A stretch of 64,000 nt of DNA from assembly GCA_019116785.1 (NCBI GenBank), contig DXAZ01000033.1:2941-66940 (forward strand), given 5' to 3'. Below, in pieces: positions 20,669 to 33,118 of the stretch; positions within the stretch are counted from its first letter, which is position 1; the number at the start of each line of letters is the position of its first letter. The translations under genes and the position numbers were made by a program. Origin of the DNA: Candidatus Atopostipes pullistercoris. GTDB lineage: Bacteria; Bacillota; Bacilli; Lactobacillales; Carnobacteriaceae_A. The notes beneath the pieces are model-generated. The model was not told the DNA's origin and did not search any database. It saw only the letters and a program-made list of their open reading frames with translations.

Positions 20669-21358
20669 TTAGTAACCGACTATAATCGAATCTTTTAAAT
20701 GATTAAATGTCGCCTCACCAATACCTGAAACATTTTTTAACTCCTCAATGGTTTTAAATAATCCATTTTCTTCTCGATAAGAAAGGATATTTTCAGCCTT
20801 AGAATCTCCAATCCCATTCAGAGTCATTAGAGTCTCTTTATCTGCTTCATTGATATTTATTTTTGTTGTTTCTTCTTCCCCTCCTTCTAGTGGTTCTTGT
20901 GCTATCGTAGATTCTATCGGTGGATCTTCGCCTATTTTCGGAACATAAATCACCATCTGATCTGAAAGAAGCTGAGCAAAATTAACAGCCGTAGTCTCCG
21001 ATTCATCCAGTAATCCTCCCGCTTTATCAATAACATCAATAATTCTGCTCCCTTCTTCCATGCGATAAACTCCTGGATTTTTTACTTGACCTTTAATATC
21101 TACAATAATTTCCTTAGAGGATTTTTGTATTGGTTCTTCTTCAGTAGTATTTTCATTTTCTTCGGGTAATATTTCTTCTGAATCCTCAATCATCAACTCC
21201 TCAATTAAATCCTCCTCCGGCTCAGCTTCCTTTTCTTTTAATGATTTAAAAAGAAAAAACAAACAAATCGTTAACCCAATTACTAAACCAGTTAATAACA
21301 TCATTAATATATGCCAATATTGTCTTATTTTATTTTTAATCTCTTCCATTGACTTCAC
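20669..21358 (-). CDS. comEA: competence DNA receptor ComEA
   Basis: 229 aa. N-terminal TM helix, SLBB-like middle (VDIKGQVKNPGVYRM) and C-terminal helix-hairpin-helix (INEADKETLMTLNGIGDSKAENI...LKNVSGIGEATF). Exact start ambiguous (GTG 21358 or ATG 21349). Confidence 0.88.
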   Translation of the reverse strand: MKSMEEIKNKIRQYWHILMMLLTGLVIGLTICLFFLFKSLKEKEAEPEEDLIEELMIEDSEEILPEENENTTEEEPIQKSSKEIIVDIKGQVKNPGVYRMEEGSRIIDVIDKAGGLLDESETTAVNFAQLLSDQMVIYVPKIGEDPPIESTIAQEPLEGGEEETTKININEADKETLMTLNGIGDSKAENILSYREENGLFKTIEELKNVSGIGEATFNHLKDSIIVGY

Positions 21359-21469
21359 CTAACTTCCCCCTATATATATAATTAGCCAAAAAATCGAAAA
21401 TTCTCGAAAAAACTTTAATGTTTTTTAAATTTAGATCTCTCATTCAATAGTCATGAAGTCTATGAAAAT

Positions 21470-21507
21470 AAAAAAAACATTGACGTATCAGATTCAATGC
21501 GTCAATG
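21470..21507 (-). terminator. terminator after ylbL
   Basis: Minus strand CATTGACG-14 nt loop-CGTCAATG followed by T8. Confidence 0.7.
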
Positions 21508-21582
21508 CCTTAGTTTTTTTATTTGGGTAGATTTGATTCTATATGTTTTAAATATCCGATCTTTCCATTAATTATTTAAAAG

Positions 21583-22686
21583 TTATGCAGCTAGTAGTTC
21601 CTCGTCAATTATCGTTCCTAATAACGGATGAATATTTAAAGCCGTTGTTTCTTGATTCAATTCTTCAAGGAAGTCTAACGCATCGGATATAGTTTTTACG
21701 GGAATAATTTCCATCTCCGTGTCTATCGCCTCTGCGGCATCTAGTGCTTCTTGATAATTCGTTTGTAACTTTGGATATACCTTTAAAACTTCTTCATCTA
21801 ATTCATCATCTGGAGCAAAGAAGTATTCCGCTCCTTTTTCATCGGCAGCGACAACTTTTTTAGCAATGCCCCCGATTCTTCCAACTGAACCATCCGGAGA
21901 AATCGTCCCTGTTCCTGCTATTTTATGAGAACCATGAATATTTTCGCTCATTAATTGACTATAAATCTGTAAAGAAAACATTAAACCAGCAGAAGGACCA
22001 CCGATTTCACCCGAATGAATAGAAACTTCTGGTACCGTTTCAAGGCTTGTATTATCGACTAAACCAATTCCAATACCTGCTACTCCCGTGTCTAAAGGTA
22101 TTAATTCACCCGAGGCGGTTAATAACTCTCCTTCTCTTTCAAACTCTATATCCACTTTTTCTCCTACTTCTTTGGCAGACACATATTCAATAAAATCGTG
22201 TGATTGATCAAAAGAAAGACCGTCTACCGATTTTACGGTATCGCCAACTTTCAACTCGTCCGCAAAAGAGGAATTATCTAAAACTTGTAGAACATAGACA
22301 CCATTATAAAGAAGTTCGTAATCTTTATCTGCCTCTTCAAAGGCCACTTGTATCGCAGTATTTATAGAACTGTCCATATAATAATTTTGTATAACATTAT
22401 ATTCTTCGTAATTATCTATATCGCCAAATAATTCTTTTTCTGTGACTAAATCTCTAAATGGAAATACACTTGATAAAGCAGTAAAAGGAGTTGCTTGTTG
22501 AATCCCAACGGTTGTAATATAAAAGTCACCCGAATCGTTGAAGTATTCATGGTCGACTTCTACCATATCATTTAATTCAAAAGCTTGCCCTGGAACTTCT
22601 AAATATAAAGGGAGGGGTAAAAAGAAAAACAGATACAAAACAGCGAATATTAAAAGTGTTTTAATCCACGTCGAAATTTTTTTCAT
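21583..22686 (-). CDS. ylbL: YlbL/SepM-type membrane-anchored PDZ + Lon-like S16 serine protease
   Basis: 367 aa. N-terminal TM, PDZ region (LKVGDTVKSVDG), Lon C-terminal proteolytic domain (GGPSAGLMFSLQIY...KIAGTGTI). Conserved next to coaD. Confidence 0.8.
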   Translation of the reverse strand: MKKISTWIKTLLIFAVLYLFFFLPLPLYLEVPGQAFELNDMVEVDHEYFNDSGDFYITTVGIQQATPFTALSSVFPFRDLVTEKELFGDIDNYEEYNVIQNYYMDSSINTAIQVAFEEADKDYELLYNGVYVLQVLDNSSFADELKVGDTVKSVDGLSFDQSHDFIEYVSAKEVGEKVDIEFEREGELLTASGELIPLDTGVAGIGIGLVDNTSLETVPEVSIHSGEIGGPSAGLMFSLQIYSQLMSENIHGSHKIAGTGTISPDGSVGRIGGIAKKVVAADEKGAEYFFAPDDELDEEVLKVYPKLQTNYQEALDAAEAIDTEMEIIPVKTISDALDFLEELNQETTALNIHPLLGTIIDEELLAA

Positions 22687-22705
22687 CTCATCATCCTACT
22701 TCCAT

Positions 22706-23197
22706 TTACTTTTTTGTGTATTTTTCTTTCATCCGCTTTGCGATATTTTCAGGAACCATTCCTGAGATATCTCCATCAAATTGTGCAATTTCTTTAATGA
22801 GTGAAGAACTTACAAAGCGGTACTTTTCATCTGCCATTAAAAAGACAGATTCAATCTCTGGAGCTTGTGTTTTGTTCATCGAGGCAATGTTCATTTCATA
22901 TTCCATATCCGCGACCGATCTTAAGCCTCTAAGCATTACTTTTGCATCCAACTTTTTGGCTAAATCTACAATTAAGCCATCAGTGAACTGGATAACTTTT
23001 ACGTTATTATTAGAATGTTTACAAATGACCTCTTGAATCATCTCTACCTTTTCATCCGCATTAAAAAGAGATTTTTTTGAAGTATTTGTACCTAAAGCGA
23101 TAAACACTTCATCAAACATTTTTGAAGCTCGATTTACAATATCCAAATGTCCTAAAGTAAATGGATCAAAACTCCCTGCATAAATTGCTTTTGTCAT
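22706..23197 (-). CDS. coaD: phosphopantetheine adenylyltransferase
   Basis: MTKAIYAGSFDPFTLGHLDIV with the T/HxGH motif; ...VSSSLIKEI. 163 aa. Confidence 0.93.
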   Translation of the reverse strand: MTKAIYAGSFDPFTLGHLDIVNRASKMFDEVFIALGTNTSKKSLFNADEKVEMIQEVICKHSNNNVKVIQFTDGLIVDLAKKLDAKVMLRGLRSVADMEYEMNIASMNKTQAPEIESVFLMADEKYRFVSSSLIKEIAQFDGDISGMVPENIAKRMKEKYTKK

Positions 23198-23209
23198 ATT
23201 CGCTCCCTC

Positions 23210-23773
23210 TTATTCTATCGAATTGATTTGTTGATAAATATAAAGTTTCGATTTACCAAATTTTCGTTCATCCCATAATTGAAGCCCATTTATTTCTTCA
23301 GGTAAAGTAACATCACTAGCTACCTCACAAACAATTAAGGCTACTTCATCCAATAAATCTTGATTCAAAATATTTTCTATATCTTGTTCGATCGTTTGTT
23401 TTGCATACGGTGGATCCAAAAAGATCAAACGAAATTTTTCATGGCGATTAGCCAATAGATTTATAGCCGCATCAGAAGAAGAATTTAAAACTTCAAATTT
23501 AAATGTTTCTTTTGTTATTTGAAGATTCTTTTTTATTACTCGTGTAGCGATGTGGTTGTTATCAACTAATACAGCCTCATCCATTCCACGAGAAACCGCT
23601 TCAATCCCTAAAGCACCACTTCCAGCATATAAATCTAACACCTTGCCCCCTTTAAAATATGGCCCAATAATGTTAAACAAGGTCTCTTTTAATTTATCTC
23701 CCGTTGGTCGAGTATCTCGACCAGGTAAACTTTCTAATGGTCGTCCACCATAAACTCCTGATATAATTCGCAT
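23210..23773 (-). CDS. rsmD: 16S rRNA (guanine966-N2)-methyltransferase RsmD
   Basis: MRIISGVYGGRPL...RPTGDKLKETLFNII...VLDLYAGSGALGIEAVSRG...IFLDPPY. Confidence 0.9.
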   Translation of the reverse strand: MRIISGVYGGRPLESLPGRDTRPTGDKLKETLFNIIGPYFKGGKVLDLYAGSGALGIEAVSRGMDEAVLVDNNHIATRVIKKNLQITKETFKFEVLNSSSDAAINLLANRHEKFRLIFLDPPYAKQTIEQDIENILNQDLLDEVALIVCEVASDVTLPEEINGLQLWDERKFGKSKLYIYQQINSIE

Positions 23774-23782
23774 AGACTCTCC

Positions 23783-24142
23783 CTACCAAATTTTATAATT
23801 TAATTCATCGCTTGATTCAGAATGGCTCTCTTTTTCTTCACGTTTTTTGCTTTCAATTTCTTGTTTCAACTTCTCTAAAACATCATCGTAATGAATGGGT
23901 AAATCCCTCAATTGAGAGATTTCAACAGATTTAACATAGTTTTCTTTTTCTAATCGTTCAATGATTTGGTCGACTTTATCTGTAGTGACATACAAGATAG
24001 CATAATTCATTTTTTTAGAAACATAATGCAAAACACCAAAATTCATTAAACGCTTAATATTTCTTTTAGAATGTAACCATATAATCAAACCTGTACGTTT
24101 TTCAAAATCAGATTCTGTATTAATATTTTTTAAATCATTCAT
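23783..24142 (-). CDS. ylbG: UPF0298 (YlbG/DUF2129) family protein
   Basis: RTGLIIWLHSKRNIKRLMNFGVLHYVSKKMNYAILYV...VKSVE matches the YlbG family signature. Conserved neighbour of rsmD. Carries an acidic/Ser-rich C-terminal tail. Confidence 0.75.
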   Translation of the reverse strand: MNDLKNINTESDFEKRTGLIIWLHSKRNIKRLMNFGVLHYVSKKMNYAILYVTTDKVDQIIERLEKENYVKSVEISQLRDLPIHYDDVLEKLKQEIESKKREEKESHSESSDELNYKIW

Positions 24143-24191
24143 TTATATCGCTCATTTCCAAAATAATCTTCCATCATTATAACAAACCAAA

Positions 24192-24258
24192 TAAAAAATC
24201 TCTTGACTAAGTGATTATTTTCCAAAGAATATGGAAATGAATGACTTAACAAGAGATT
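24192..24258 (-). terminator. long imperfect hairpin terminator after ylaN
   Basis: Minus strand AATCTCTTG ... CAAGAGATT closing an extended imperfect helix, followed by T5-6. Confidence 0.6.
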
Positions 24259-24272
24259 CTTTCAATATATTA

Positions 24273-24539
24273 TTATTTTTCAGCTATGCTTTCATAGACC
24301 TCACTCATTGCACGTTCTAATTTGTTTAACATTAGCTGACCCAAATCATCTTCAATAACCCCTAGTTCAATAGCGAACTTCACTTTTTCTGAAAAGCCAA
24401 ATAGCTTTGTATCCATAATCTCTTCAAATATTGGGCACGACGTACAAGCAACTTCTTGATTTTTGATTGTTTGTAGAATTTGTTCTGATTCATCCAATAA
24501 TAATTGAGTAGCTGAATCGTAAATTGTTTCATTTTCCAT
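24273..24539 (-). CDS. ylaN: UPF0358 (YlaN) family protein
   Basis: CPIFEEIMDTKLFGFSEKVKFAIELGVIEDDLGQLMLNKLERAMSEVYE closely parallels B. subtilis YlaN ([28 protein letters not shown]...). ATG 24539 chosen; the track start is GTG 24548. Confidence 0.8.
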   Translation of the reverse strand: MENETIYDSATQLLLDESEQILQTIKNQEVACTSCPIFEEIMDTKLFGFSEKVKFAIELGVIEDDLGQLMLNKLERAMSEVYESIAEK

Positions 24540-24635
24540 AATTATCACGCTCTTTTTTCTTCTGTTAAATTATAACACAGAAAATTTACTAATGTTGGAA
24601 ACTTCCCTAAATTCTTAAACAAAACTATTTTTAGA

Positions 24636-26471
24636 TTATTTCTTCGCTTTACTTTTTCTTGCTTTCTCTCTTTGATTGGTATTTAAGATAACTTTTCGTA
24701 ACCGAATAGAATCTGGCGTTACTTCACAATATTCATCATCGGCTAAGAAATTCATAGATTCTTCAAGAGATAATATTTTTGGTTCTTTAATGACACTCGT
24801 TTGGTCTTTATTCGCAGAGCGAACGTTTGTTTTTTGTTTTTCTTTGGTTAAGTTAATCGACAAATCATTGTCACGGTTATTTTCCCCAACAATCATTCCT
24901 TCATATATTTCAGTACCTGGTTCCACAAAAATGGTTCCGCGATCTTCCAAGTGCATAATACTATATGTGGTTACACGACCATTATCTGAAGAAACTAACG
25001 AACCATTTCGTCGTCCTGTAATTTGTTCTTTGATTTCAGGTAAATATTCTGAGAATGAATGGTTCATAATTCCATAACCGTGAGTAATAGATAAGAATTC
25101 ATTGGTAAAACCAATTAATCCACGTGAAGGTGCTAGGAAGTGTAAACGTACTTGTCCATTTCCAGTATGTTCCATATCTTGCATCACTGCTTTACGCTGA
25201 CTTAAACGTTCGATGACAGTTCCCATATATTCTTCTGGTGTATCAATTTGAACTGTTTCAAAAGGTTCACAAGTTTTCCCATCTATTTCTCTTAAGATTA
25301 CTTTCGGACGAGATACTTGGAGCTCGAATCCTTCTCGACGCATATTTTCAATTAGAATAGATAAATGTAATTCTCCACGACCAGAAACAATCCATGCATC
25401 TGGAGACTCAGTTGGTTCTACTCTTAAAGACACGTCGGTTTGTAATTGGGTTTGTAGTCGTTCTTCAATCTTACTTGCCGTTACCCATTTCCCTTCTCGA
25501 CCTGCAAAAGGTGAATTATTCACTAAGAAGGTCATCTGTAGGGTCGGTTCATCAATGTGTAAGACAGGAAGTGGCTCTAAATGATCCGTTGGTGTTACAG
25601 TTTCTCCAACAAATATATCCTCAAAACCAGAAACAGCCACAATATCTCCTGCTTTAGCTGATTCGATTTCTAATCGTTCTAAACCAAAAAATCCAAAAAG
25701 TTTAGTCACGCGGAAGTTCTTAGTAGAACCATCTAGTTTATTTAAAGTAACATTGTCGCCTACTTTAATTTCTCCGCGGAATACACGACCAATTCCAACA
25801 CGTCCTACATAGTCATTATAATCTAGTAAAGAGACTTGAAATTGTAAAGGTTCGTCTGCATTATCTAATGGTGCTGGAATTTCTTTTAGAATAGTTTCAA
25901 AAACAGGAGCCATTGTTTCTTCTTGATCTGCTGGATCAGATGAATAACTACTTGTTCCATTAATCGCAGAAGCATAAACTACTGGAAACTCCAATTGATC
26001 ATCATCAGCATCAAGTTCAATAAATAAATCAAGAACTTCATCAACAACTTTTTCTGGATCAGCTGTTGGTTTATCAATTTTATTTACGACAACAATTGGT
26101 TTCAATTGTTGTTCTAATGCTTTTTGTAAAACAAAACGTGTTTGAGGCATTGGTCCTTCAAAAGCATCCACTACTAGGATTACTCCATCTACCATTTTTA
26201 AAATACGTTCTACTTCCCCACCAAAATCTGCATGTCCTGGGGTATCTAAAATATTTATTACAGAATCATTATAATTTACGGCAGTATTTTTTGATAAAAT
26301 AGTAATACCACGTTCTTTTTCAATTGCGTTTGAATCCATTGCACGGTCTTCTAGTTTACTGTGTTCATCGAGAGTGGTTGATTGACTTAATAGTTGGTCA
26401 ACCAAAGTTGTTTTACCATGGTCAACGTGGGCAATAATTGCAATATTTCGAATATCTTCTCTATAATTCAT
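24636..26471 (-). CDS. typA: translational GTPase TypA/BipA
   Basis: 611 aa. [38 protein letters not shown]; EF-G-like domains. Confidence 0.93.
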   Translation of the reverse strand: MNYREDIRNIAIIAHVDHGKTTLVDQLLSQSTTLDEHSKLEDRAMDSNAIEKERGITILSKNTAVNYNDSVINILDTPGHADFGGEVERILKMVDGVILVVDAFEGPMPQTRFVLQKALEQQLKPIVVVNKIDKPTADPEKVVDEVLDLFIELDADDDQLEFPVVYASAINGTSSYSSDPADQEETMAPVFETILKEIPAPLDNADEPLQFQVSLLDYNDYVGRVGIGRVFRGEIKVGDNVTLNKLDGSTKNFRVTKLFGFFGLERLEIESAKAGDIVAVSGFEDIFVGETVTPTDHLEPLPVLHIDEPTLQMTFLVNNSPFAGREGKWVTASKIEERLQTQLQTDVSLRVEPTESPDAWIVSGRGELHLSILIENMRREGFELQVSRPKVILREIDGKTCEPFETVQIDTPEEYMGTVIERLSQRKAVMQDMEHTGNGQVRLHFLAPSRGLIGFTNEFLSITHGYGIMNHSFSEYLPEIKEQITGRRNGSLVSSDNGRVTTYSIMHLEDRGTIFVEPGTEIYEGMIVGENNRDNDLSINLTKEKQKTNVRSANKDQTSVIKEPKILSLEESMNFLADDEYCEVTPDSIRLRKVILNTNQREKARKSKAKK

Positions 26472-26659
26472 TTTTAATCAAAATCTCCTCAATCTGATTA
26501 CGTTTTGTTGTAATCGAAAAAAATACTTAGGTATTTTACCAGTATTTCGTTATTAAAACAATGTTTATATGAAATAAATCATCACTAATTTAAAAAATTG
26601 GCCAAATTCAAATTGGGTTCTTATATTGGTTTAAAAGATTCAAAAAAACAAAAATTTCT

Positions 26660-27445
26660 TTACTGCAACAATTCAGTGATTTCTTTTTGAGCAGTAGGTG
26701 TCGCCATAATGGTTGGTTCTATATTCAGTATATTCACAGAAGTACCATCAAATTGGGTCACAACGCCCCCACTCTCTTCAATCAGAACTAAACCTGGAGC
26801 AATATCCCATGGCTTTAAACCATAAGAAACATAGGCAATCGTACTTCCTTTGACTAATTCAACGGCTTCAAGCCCTGCTGAACCAAGAGTGCGAACACCC
26901 ATTGCTCGTTTTGTAATCTCTGTATTCAAAGAGACCTGTTTATTGGATAAAAACATACTGTTAGAGGCAAAGAGCCCTTTAGCAAGCGGTAAATCCTCCA
27001 TTTTAGGAAGTCGTTGCTCATTACAATAGACCCCTTTATTTTTTATGCCCCAATACAATTTATTGTGGGTAACATCATAAATATAAGCTTGCTTTCCTAC
27101 TCCCTTTTCATAAACAGCCAACATTACTGCGTAGTTTTCATTTTGTAAAACAAAATTTAATGTTCCATCAATAGGGTCTAAAAACCAAACCGTCTTCTGT
27201 TCAAAATCTTTTTTGTTTACTCGATCTCCAAAACCTTCTTCACTGACAATTAAATCATTTGGGAAGTGTTGTTTAATTTTTTCAACCAATTCTTTTTCTA
27301 TCTTTCGATCCATTTGAGTGACTAAATCATTTGGACTTGATTTAACTTCCACTTCTAAATCATGTTTTAGGCTTTCTTTTATCTTCTTAGTGGCTTCTTT
27401 TAACCATTCTTTTATCAAAGCATCTCTTTGTTCGGTCATTTCCAT
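26660..27445 (-). CDS. inositol monophosphatase family protein
   Basis: 261 aa. IMPase motifs WFLDPIDGTLNF and WDIAPGLVLIEESGG. Confidence 0.85.
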   Translation of the reverse strand: MEMTEQRDALIKEWLKEATKKIKESLKHDLEVEVKSSPNDLVTQMDRKIEKELVEKIKQHFPNDLIVSEEGFGDRVNKKDFEQKTVWFLDPIDGTLNFVLQNENYAVMLAVYEKGVGKQAYIYDVTHNKLYWGIKNKGVYCNEQRLPKMEDLPLAKGLFASNSMFLSNKQVSLNTEITKRAMGVRTLGSAGLEAVELVKGSTIAYVSYGLKPWDIAPGLVLIEESGGVVTQFDGTSVNILNIEPTIMATPTAQKEITELLQ

Positions 27446-27644
27446 TCAAACATCCCCTTTCATCCAACTCCTCATACGATCCCTATCAAAGATAGCATAA
27501 TTTTTGCAATAAGTAAAAAACTTGACGTTGAAATAGTTTATTGGACGGGGTTTTCTTTCCTTTTTAATGGCTGCATACTTTTTTCAAAAAATAATCTGTT
27601 TGTATCTTTTTATATTTTTTCTAAAAAACACACAACTATTGTTA

Positions 27645-27695
27645 AAACAAAAAGATAAAAACCAAAAGCAGCACTTTATGTGTCGCTTTTGGTTT
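27645..27695 (-). terminator. pdh operon terminator
   Basis: Minus strand AAACCAAAAGC-loop-GCTTTTGGTTT followed by a T-rich run. Confidence 0.75.
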
Positions 27696-27729
27696 CATAT
27701 CTTAAATTAAATCTTTTTTGATAAAATTC

Positions 27730-29139
27730 TTACATATGAATAGGTAGGCCAAGAGCAGCTTCGGCAGTATCCATTACAGATTCTGCTAACGTTGGGTGAG
27801 CATGAATGGTTAGAGCGATATCTTGAGCATTCATACCACTTTCAACAGCTAAACTTAATTCAGCAATTAAATCAGAGGCATTAACTCCTGCAACTTGTGC
27901 ACCAACAATCACATTATCTTCTTTAGTAGTGACTAATCGTACAAATCCTTCTGTTCGATCTAGAGAAATTGCACGTCCATTACCACCTAATGGGAATTTA
28001 GTCGTTGTAACCTCTAATCCAGCTTCTTTTGCCTCATCTTTTGTATAACCAACAGATGCAATTTCTGGATGTGTAAAGGCTACAGCTGGCATTGCGCGAT
28101 AATCAACAGCTACTTTCTTACCAGAGATAGCTTCAGCAGCTATTTTTCCTTCGTAAGAAGCTTTGTGAGCTAAAGCAGCACCAGGAACAACGTCTCCAAT
28201 AGCATAAATGCTATCCGCACTTACACTTCGACCTTGTTCATCCACTTTAATTAATCCACGATCATCAAGTTCAACCCCAGCGATGTCTAAACCTAATTCA
28301 TCTGTGTTAGGACGACGACCAACAGTTACTAATACATAATCTGATTCGATTGTTTTTTCTTTCCCATCGACTTCATAAGTTACAGTAACGCCAGTATCTG
28401 TTTCTTCAACACCTTTTGCCATGGCTTTTGTATAAATTTCAGTACCGTTGTTTTTGAATTCTTTTTCAACTAGTTTGACCATATCTTTGTCAAAGCCACT
28501 TAAGATGGAGTCTAGACCTTCAAGAATCGTTACCTTAGCTCCTAAAGATGCATATACTCCTGCTAATTCACTCCCAATATATCCACCACCAATTACTGTA
28601 AGTGTTTCAGGGATTTCTTCTAATTCTAATGCTCCCGTTGAATCAAGCACACGTTTACTCCATTCAAATCCTTTTAATTCGATTGGACGAGAACCTGTGG
28701 CAATGATTGCGTTGTTAAAAGAGTATGATTGTGCACCATCTTCTTGCATTACACGTAAATTATGTGTGTCGACAAAGAAAGCTTCACCTTCAAGAATCTC
28801 AACTTTATTTTTCTTTAATAGCATTTCAACTCCGCCAGTTAAACGGTTAACAACTTTTTCTTGTTTCCATTCTTGTGTTTTAGCCCAATCAATGGTTACA
28901 TTTTCAGTTGATACACCAAATATTTCTGAATCTTTGGCTTGAGTAAATCGTTCACCAGCAGTAATTAAAGCTTTAGAAGGGATACAACCAACATTTAAGC
29001 AGGCTCCCCCAATAAATTCTTTTTCAACAATTGCAACTTTTTGACCCATTTGTGCAGCACGGATAGCCGCTACATAACCACCAGGGCCTGATCCTATCAC
29101 AACTGTATCTAGTTCAATTGACATATCTCCAACAACCAT
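27730..29139 (-). CDS. pdhD: dihydrolipoyl dehydrogenase (E3)
   Basis: MVVGD...[25 protein letters not shown], redox [16 protein letters not shown]. 469 aa. Confidence 0.93.
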   Translation of the reverse strand: MVVGDMSIELDTVVIGSGPGGYVAAIRAAQMGQKVAIVEKEFIGGACLNVGCIPSKALITAGERFTQAKDSEIFGVSTENVTIDWAKTQEWKQEKVVNRLTGGVEMLLKKNKVEILEGEAFFVDTHNLRVMQEDGAQSYSFNNAIIATGSRPIELKGFEWSKRVLDSTGALELEEIPETLTVIGGGYIGSELAGVYASLGAKVTILEGLDSILSGFDKDMVKLVEKEFKNNGTEIYTKAMAKGVEETDTGVTVTYEVDGKEKTIESDYVLVTVGRRPNTDELGLDIAGVELDDRGLIKVDEQGRSVSADSIYAIGDVVPGAALAHKASYEGKIAAEAISGKKVAVDYRAMPAVAFTHPEIASVGYTKDEAKEAGLEVTTTKFPLGGNGRAISLDRTEGFVRLVTTKEDNVIVGAQVAGVNASDLIAELSLAVESGMNAQDIALTIHAHPTLAESVMDTAEAALGLPIHM

Positions 29140-29151
29140 TAAACATTCACC

Positions 29152-30465
29152 TTAACCTTTCATCAATAATAATTCAGGGTCTGACAATAATTGTTTCAAA
29201 TAGTTCATCGCTTGTTGAGCAACTGCACCATCAATAATACGGTGGTCTACAACAAGTGATAAGTCTAATACTTTAGAAACTACAATTTCGCCTTCGCTGT
29301 TCACTACAGCTTTGTCTGAAATGATTCCAACCCCGACGATTGCTGATTCTGGGTGATTTATAATTGGTGTGAAGTGTGCGCCACCAACTGAACCAATATT
29401 AGAAATTGAAATTGAGCCATCTGCCATATCTTTTCCACTTAATTTATTTTCGTGTGCTTTTCCTGATAAATCAATAATTTCATCGGCAATATCAAACATT
29501 GGTTTTGTATTTGCATCTTGGATAACTGGTACATAAAGACCATGATCGGTGTCCGTAGCAATACCAACGTTGTAATAATGTTTATAGACAATCTCATCAG
29601 TTGTATCATCTAAAGATGCGTTAAATACTGGGAATTCTTTCATCATTGCGACTACTGCTTTCACAATATATGGCAAGAATGTAAGTTTTGTATCTTGTTC
29701 TGCAGCTACATCTTTAAATTTCTTACGGTGTGCCCATAATTCATCAACGACTACTTCATCAAATAATGCAAATGAAGGAATCACCGTTGCACTCTTAACC
29801 ATTGCTTTAGAAATTGCACGACGTGTCATTGATAATGGTTCGCGAGTTTCTTCATCTTCACGACCAGATTTGTATGGAGTCACTTCCACTCCACCTACTG
29901 TTTGAGATGAAACTGCTGGTTGTTCAGCGGTTGTTTCTTCAGTAGAAACAGCTGCTGCTCCACCATTTTCTACATAGTTATCGATATCTTCTTTAACTAC
30001 ACGTCCACCTTTACCAGTTGGTGTGACCAAGCTAATATCTACATCATTTTCACGAGCATATTGACGTACAGATGGCATTGCAAGAACCATTTTATTAGGA
30101 TCTGAAGTAGCTACAACACCGGTTGCTTCTTTAGGTGCTTCTTCTGGTGCTTCTTCGCTCACTTCTTCTACGGGATCTTCTTCATCTGGAGTAGTATCAC
30201 TTGCAGGTTCTTCTTCTCCACCTTCTGAGCCATCGTCAATTACCATAATATTGTCACCAACTGTTACAAGTGTCCCTGCTTCAACTTCAATACTTTGAAT
30301 CGTACCTGAAACTGGAGATGCTAATTCTTCAACAGATTTATCATTTTGAACTTCAGCAACTGAATCGCCTTCTTCGACTTCGTCGCCTTCAGCTACTAAC
30401 CAATCAACGATTTCACCCTCAGCAATTCCTTCTCCCATATCAGGAAATTTAAATGTAAAAGCCAT
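29152..30465 (-). CDS. pdhC: dihydrolipoamide acetyltransferase (E2)
   Basis: Lipoyl domain ([16 protein letters not shown]), E3-binding domain ([12 protein letters not shown]), catalytic DHRIIDGA. Confidence 0.92.
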   Translation of the reverse strand: MAFTFKFPDMGEGIAEGEIVDWLVAEGDEVEEGDSVAEVQNDKSVEELASPVSGTIQSIEVEAGTLVTVGDNIMVIDDGSEGGEEEPASDTTPDEEDPVEEVSEEAPEEAPKEATGVVATSDPNKMVLAMPSVRQYARENDVDISLVTPTGKGGRVVKEDIDNYVENGGAAAVSTEETTAEQPAVSSQTVGGVEVTPYKSGREDEETREPLSMTRRAISKAMVKSATVIPSFALFDEVVVDELWAHRKKFKDVAAEQDTKLTFLPYIVKAVVAMMKEFPVFNASLDDTTDEIVYKHYYNVGIATDTDHGLYVPVIQDANTKPMFDIADEIIDLSGKAHENKLSGKDMADGSISISNIGSVGGAHFTPIINHPESAIVGVGIISDKAVVNSEGEIVVSKVLDLSLVVDHRIIDGAVAQQAMNYLKQLLSDPELLLMKG

Positions 30466-30588
30466 TATATAACTCTTCCCTTCTTTTCATAAATACAATT
30501 TTAATTCAAGGTTCATTTCTTCATTAACAGTAAGCAAGAGATACAATCAAGTATCTCTTTACTCACATATTATTTTTTTAAGATACGA

Positions 30589-31569
30589 TTAAAAATCCGT
30601 TGTTTCATTAATAGCTTCTATAATATCAGCTGCAGATGGTAACCATTGATTTTCCATTTGTGCAAATGGGAAAACAGTATCTGGAGCAGATACAAAAGAA
30701 ATCGGTGCTTTCAATGAAAGAATTGAACGTTGAGAAACTTCAGAAATTACAGCATTTCCTACACCTGCTTGACGTTGTGCTTCTTGAACAAACACCATAC
30801 GTCCTGTTTTTTCTACAGATGCTTCAATCGTTTCATAATCAACTGGGGAAACTGTTCGTAAATCGATAACTTCTACTGAAGTACCGTCTTTTTCTAGTTG
30901 TTCAGCAGCTTTTAAAGCTTCACGAACCATATATCCGTAAGCGACAACTGTAACGTCAGAACCTTCCCGAGCTACATTTGCTTTTCCAAGTTCGATTTCA
31001 TATTGTTCTTCTGGAACTTCTTCACGGAATGAACGATATAGTTTCATATGTTCTAAAAATACAACTGGGTCATTATCACGAATGGCAGCTGTTAACAAAC
31101 CTTTTGCATCGTAAGGATTTGAAGGGATAACTACTTTCAAGCCAGGTGCTTGAGCCATTAAGCCTTCCAAACTATCCGCATGCATTTCTGGTGTACGAAC
31201 CCCACCACCAAATGGAGAACGGATAACTACAGGCATATCTAGATGTCCACCCATACGGAAACGTTGACGAGAAATTTGACCAACGATTGAGTCCATTACT
31301 TCAAATACGAAACCAAAGAATTGAATCTCAGCAACTGGACGGAAACCTTGAACGGCTAAACCAAAGGCCATACCACCGATTGCAGATTCAGATAGGGGGG
31401 TATCACTTACGCGTTCGTCGCCATATTTTGCATTTAGGCCTTCTGTTGCGCGGAAGACACCACCATTAACACCAACGTCTTCACCAAATACTAAGACCTT
31501 TTCATTTTTTTCCATTTCTTGATCTAAGGCCTGAGTAATTGCTGAAACCATATTAAGTTGTTGTGTCAT
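30589..31569 (-). CDS. pdhB: pyruvate dehydrogenase E1 beta subunit
   Basis: 326 aa. Transketolase-like pyrimidine-binding and C-terminal domains ([16 protein letters not shown]...). Confidence 0.92.
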   Translation of the reverse strand: MTQQLNMVSAITQALDQEMEKNEKVLVFGEDVGVNGGVFRATEGLNAKYGDERVSDTPLSESAIGGMAFGLAVQGFRPVAEIQFFGFVFEVMDSIVGQISRQRFRMGGHLDMPVVIRSPFGGGVRTPEMHADSLEGLMAQAPGLKVVIPSNPYDAKGLLTAAIRDNDPVVFLEHMKLYRSFREEVPEEQYEIELGKANVAREGSDVTVVAYGYMVREALKAAEQLEKDGTSVEVIDLRTVSPVDYETIEASVEKTGRMVFVQEAQRQAGVGNAVISEVSQRSILSLKAPISFVSAPDTVFPFAQMENQWLPSAADIIEAINETTDF

Positions 31570-31571
31570 GA

Positions 31572-32696
<1,125 letters not shown>

Positions 32697-33118
32697 TTAA
32701 GTAAAATAAATGATTCACAAAATCATAGTTAGGTGACTATGTTTTTTATGACTTTTCACATTTAAAAATAACACTCATCCTACAAAAAATCAAGCATTCA
32801 CCATTGCTTTAAATCAATTTTTTATTGGTTTTTTATTGTTTTAAAACCTTTGTGATTTATTTCTTATGAAAGTGCTTTTTCACAATCATTTAAAACTCAT
32901 TTATGTAAAATTACTATCTAGTGCTTTTTCATCTTTTTTTCTTTAAAATTCTCTTACTATTTTTTTAAAAATTAAAATTGTATGAAAGAGTAAGTGAAAT
33001 CCGTTGCAAGGAAATAAATAATAATATTTTAAGAAGTTTTGTAATCTAATCTTTTTTTGATACATTTAGAAAAAATTGTGTTAAAATAATATAACGTACA
33101 TGTATGAGAGGTGATTAA

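Noticed and set aside
21380-21420. ComX/SigH cin-box (TACGAATA) or ComK box upstream of comEA
   Set aside because: Only imperfect matches are present: minus strand TTTTCGAGAATTTTCGATTTT, a duplicated TTTTCGA. There is no exact TACGAATA. The AAAA-N5-TTTT spacing for ComK is not met. This is too weak to call.
28448-28942. 164-aa plus-strand ORF inside pdhD, and similar antisense ORFs (e.g. 12395-12736, 24676-25077, 53941-54375, 61016-61426, 22716-23036)
   Set aside because: All lie fully inside well-supported minus-strand genes. Their composition is typical of antisense frames (Ser/Pro/Ile rich). They have no RBS or promoter.
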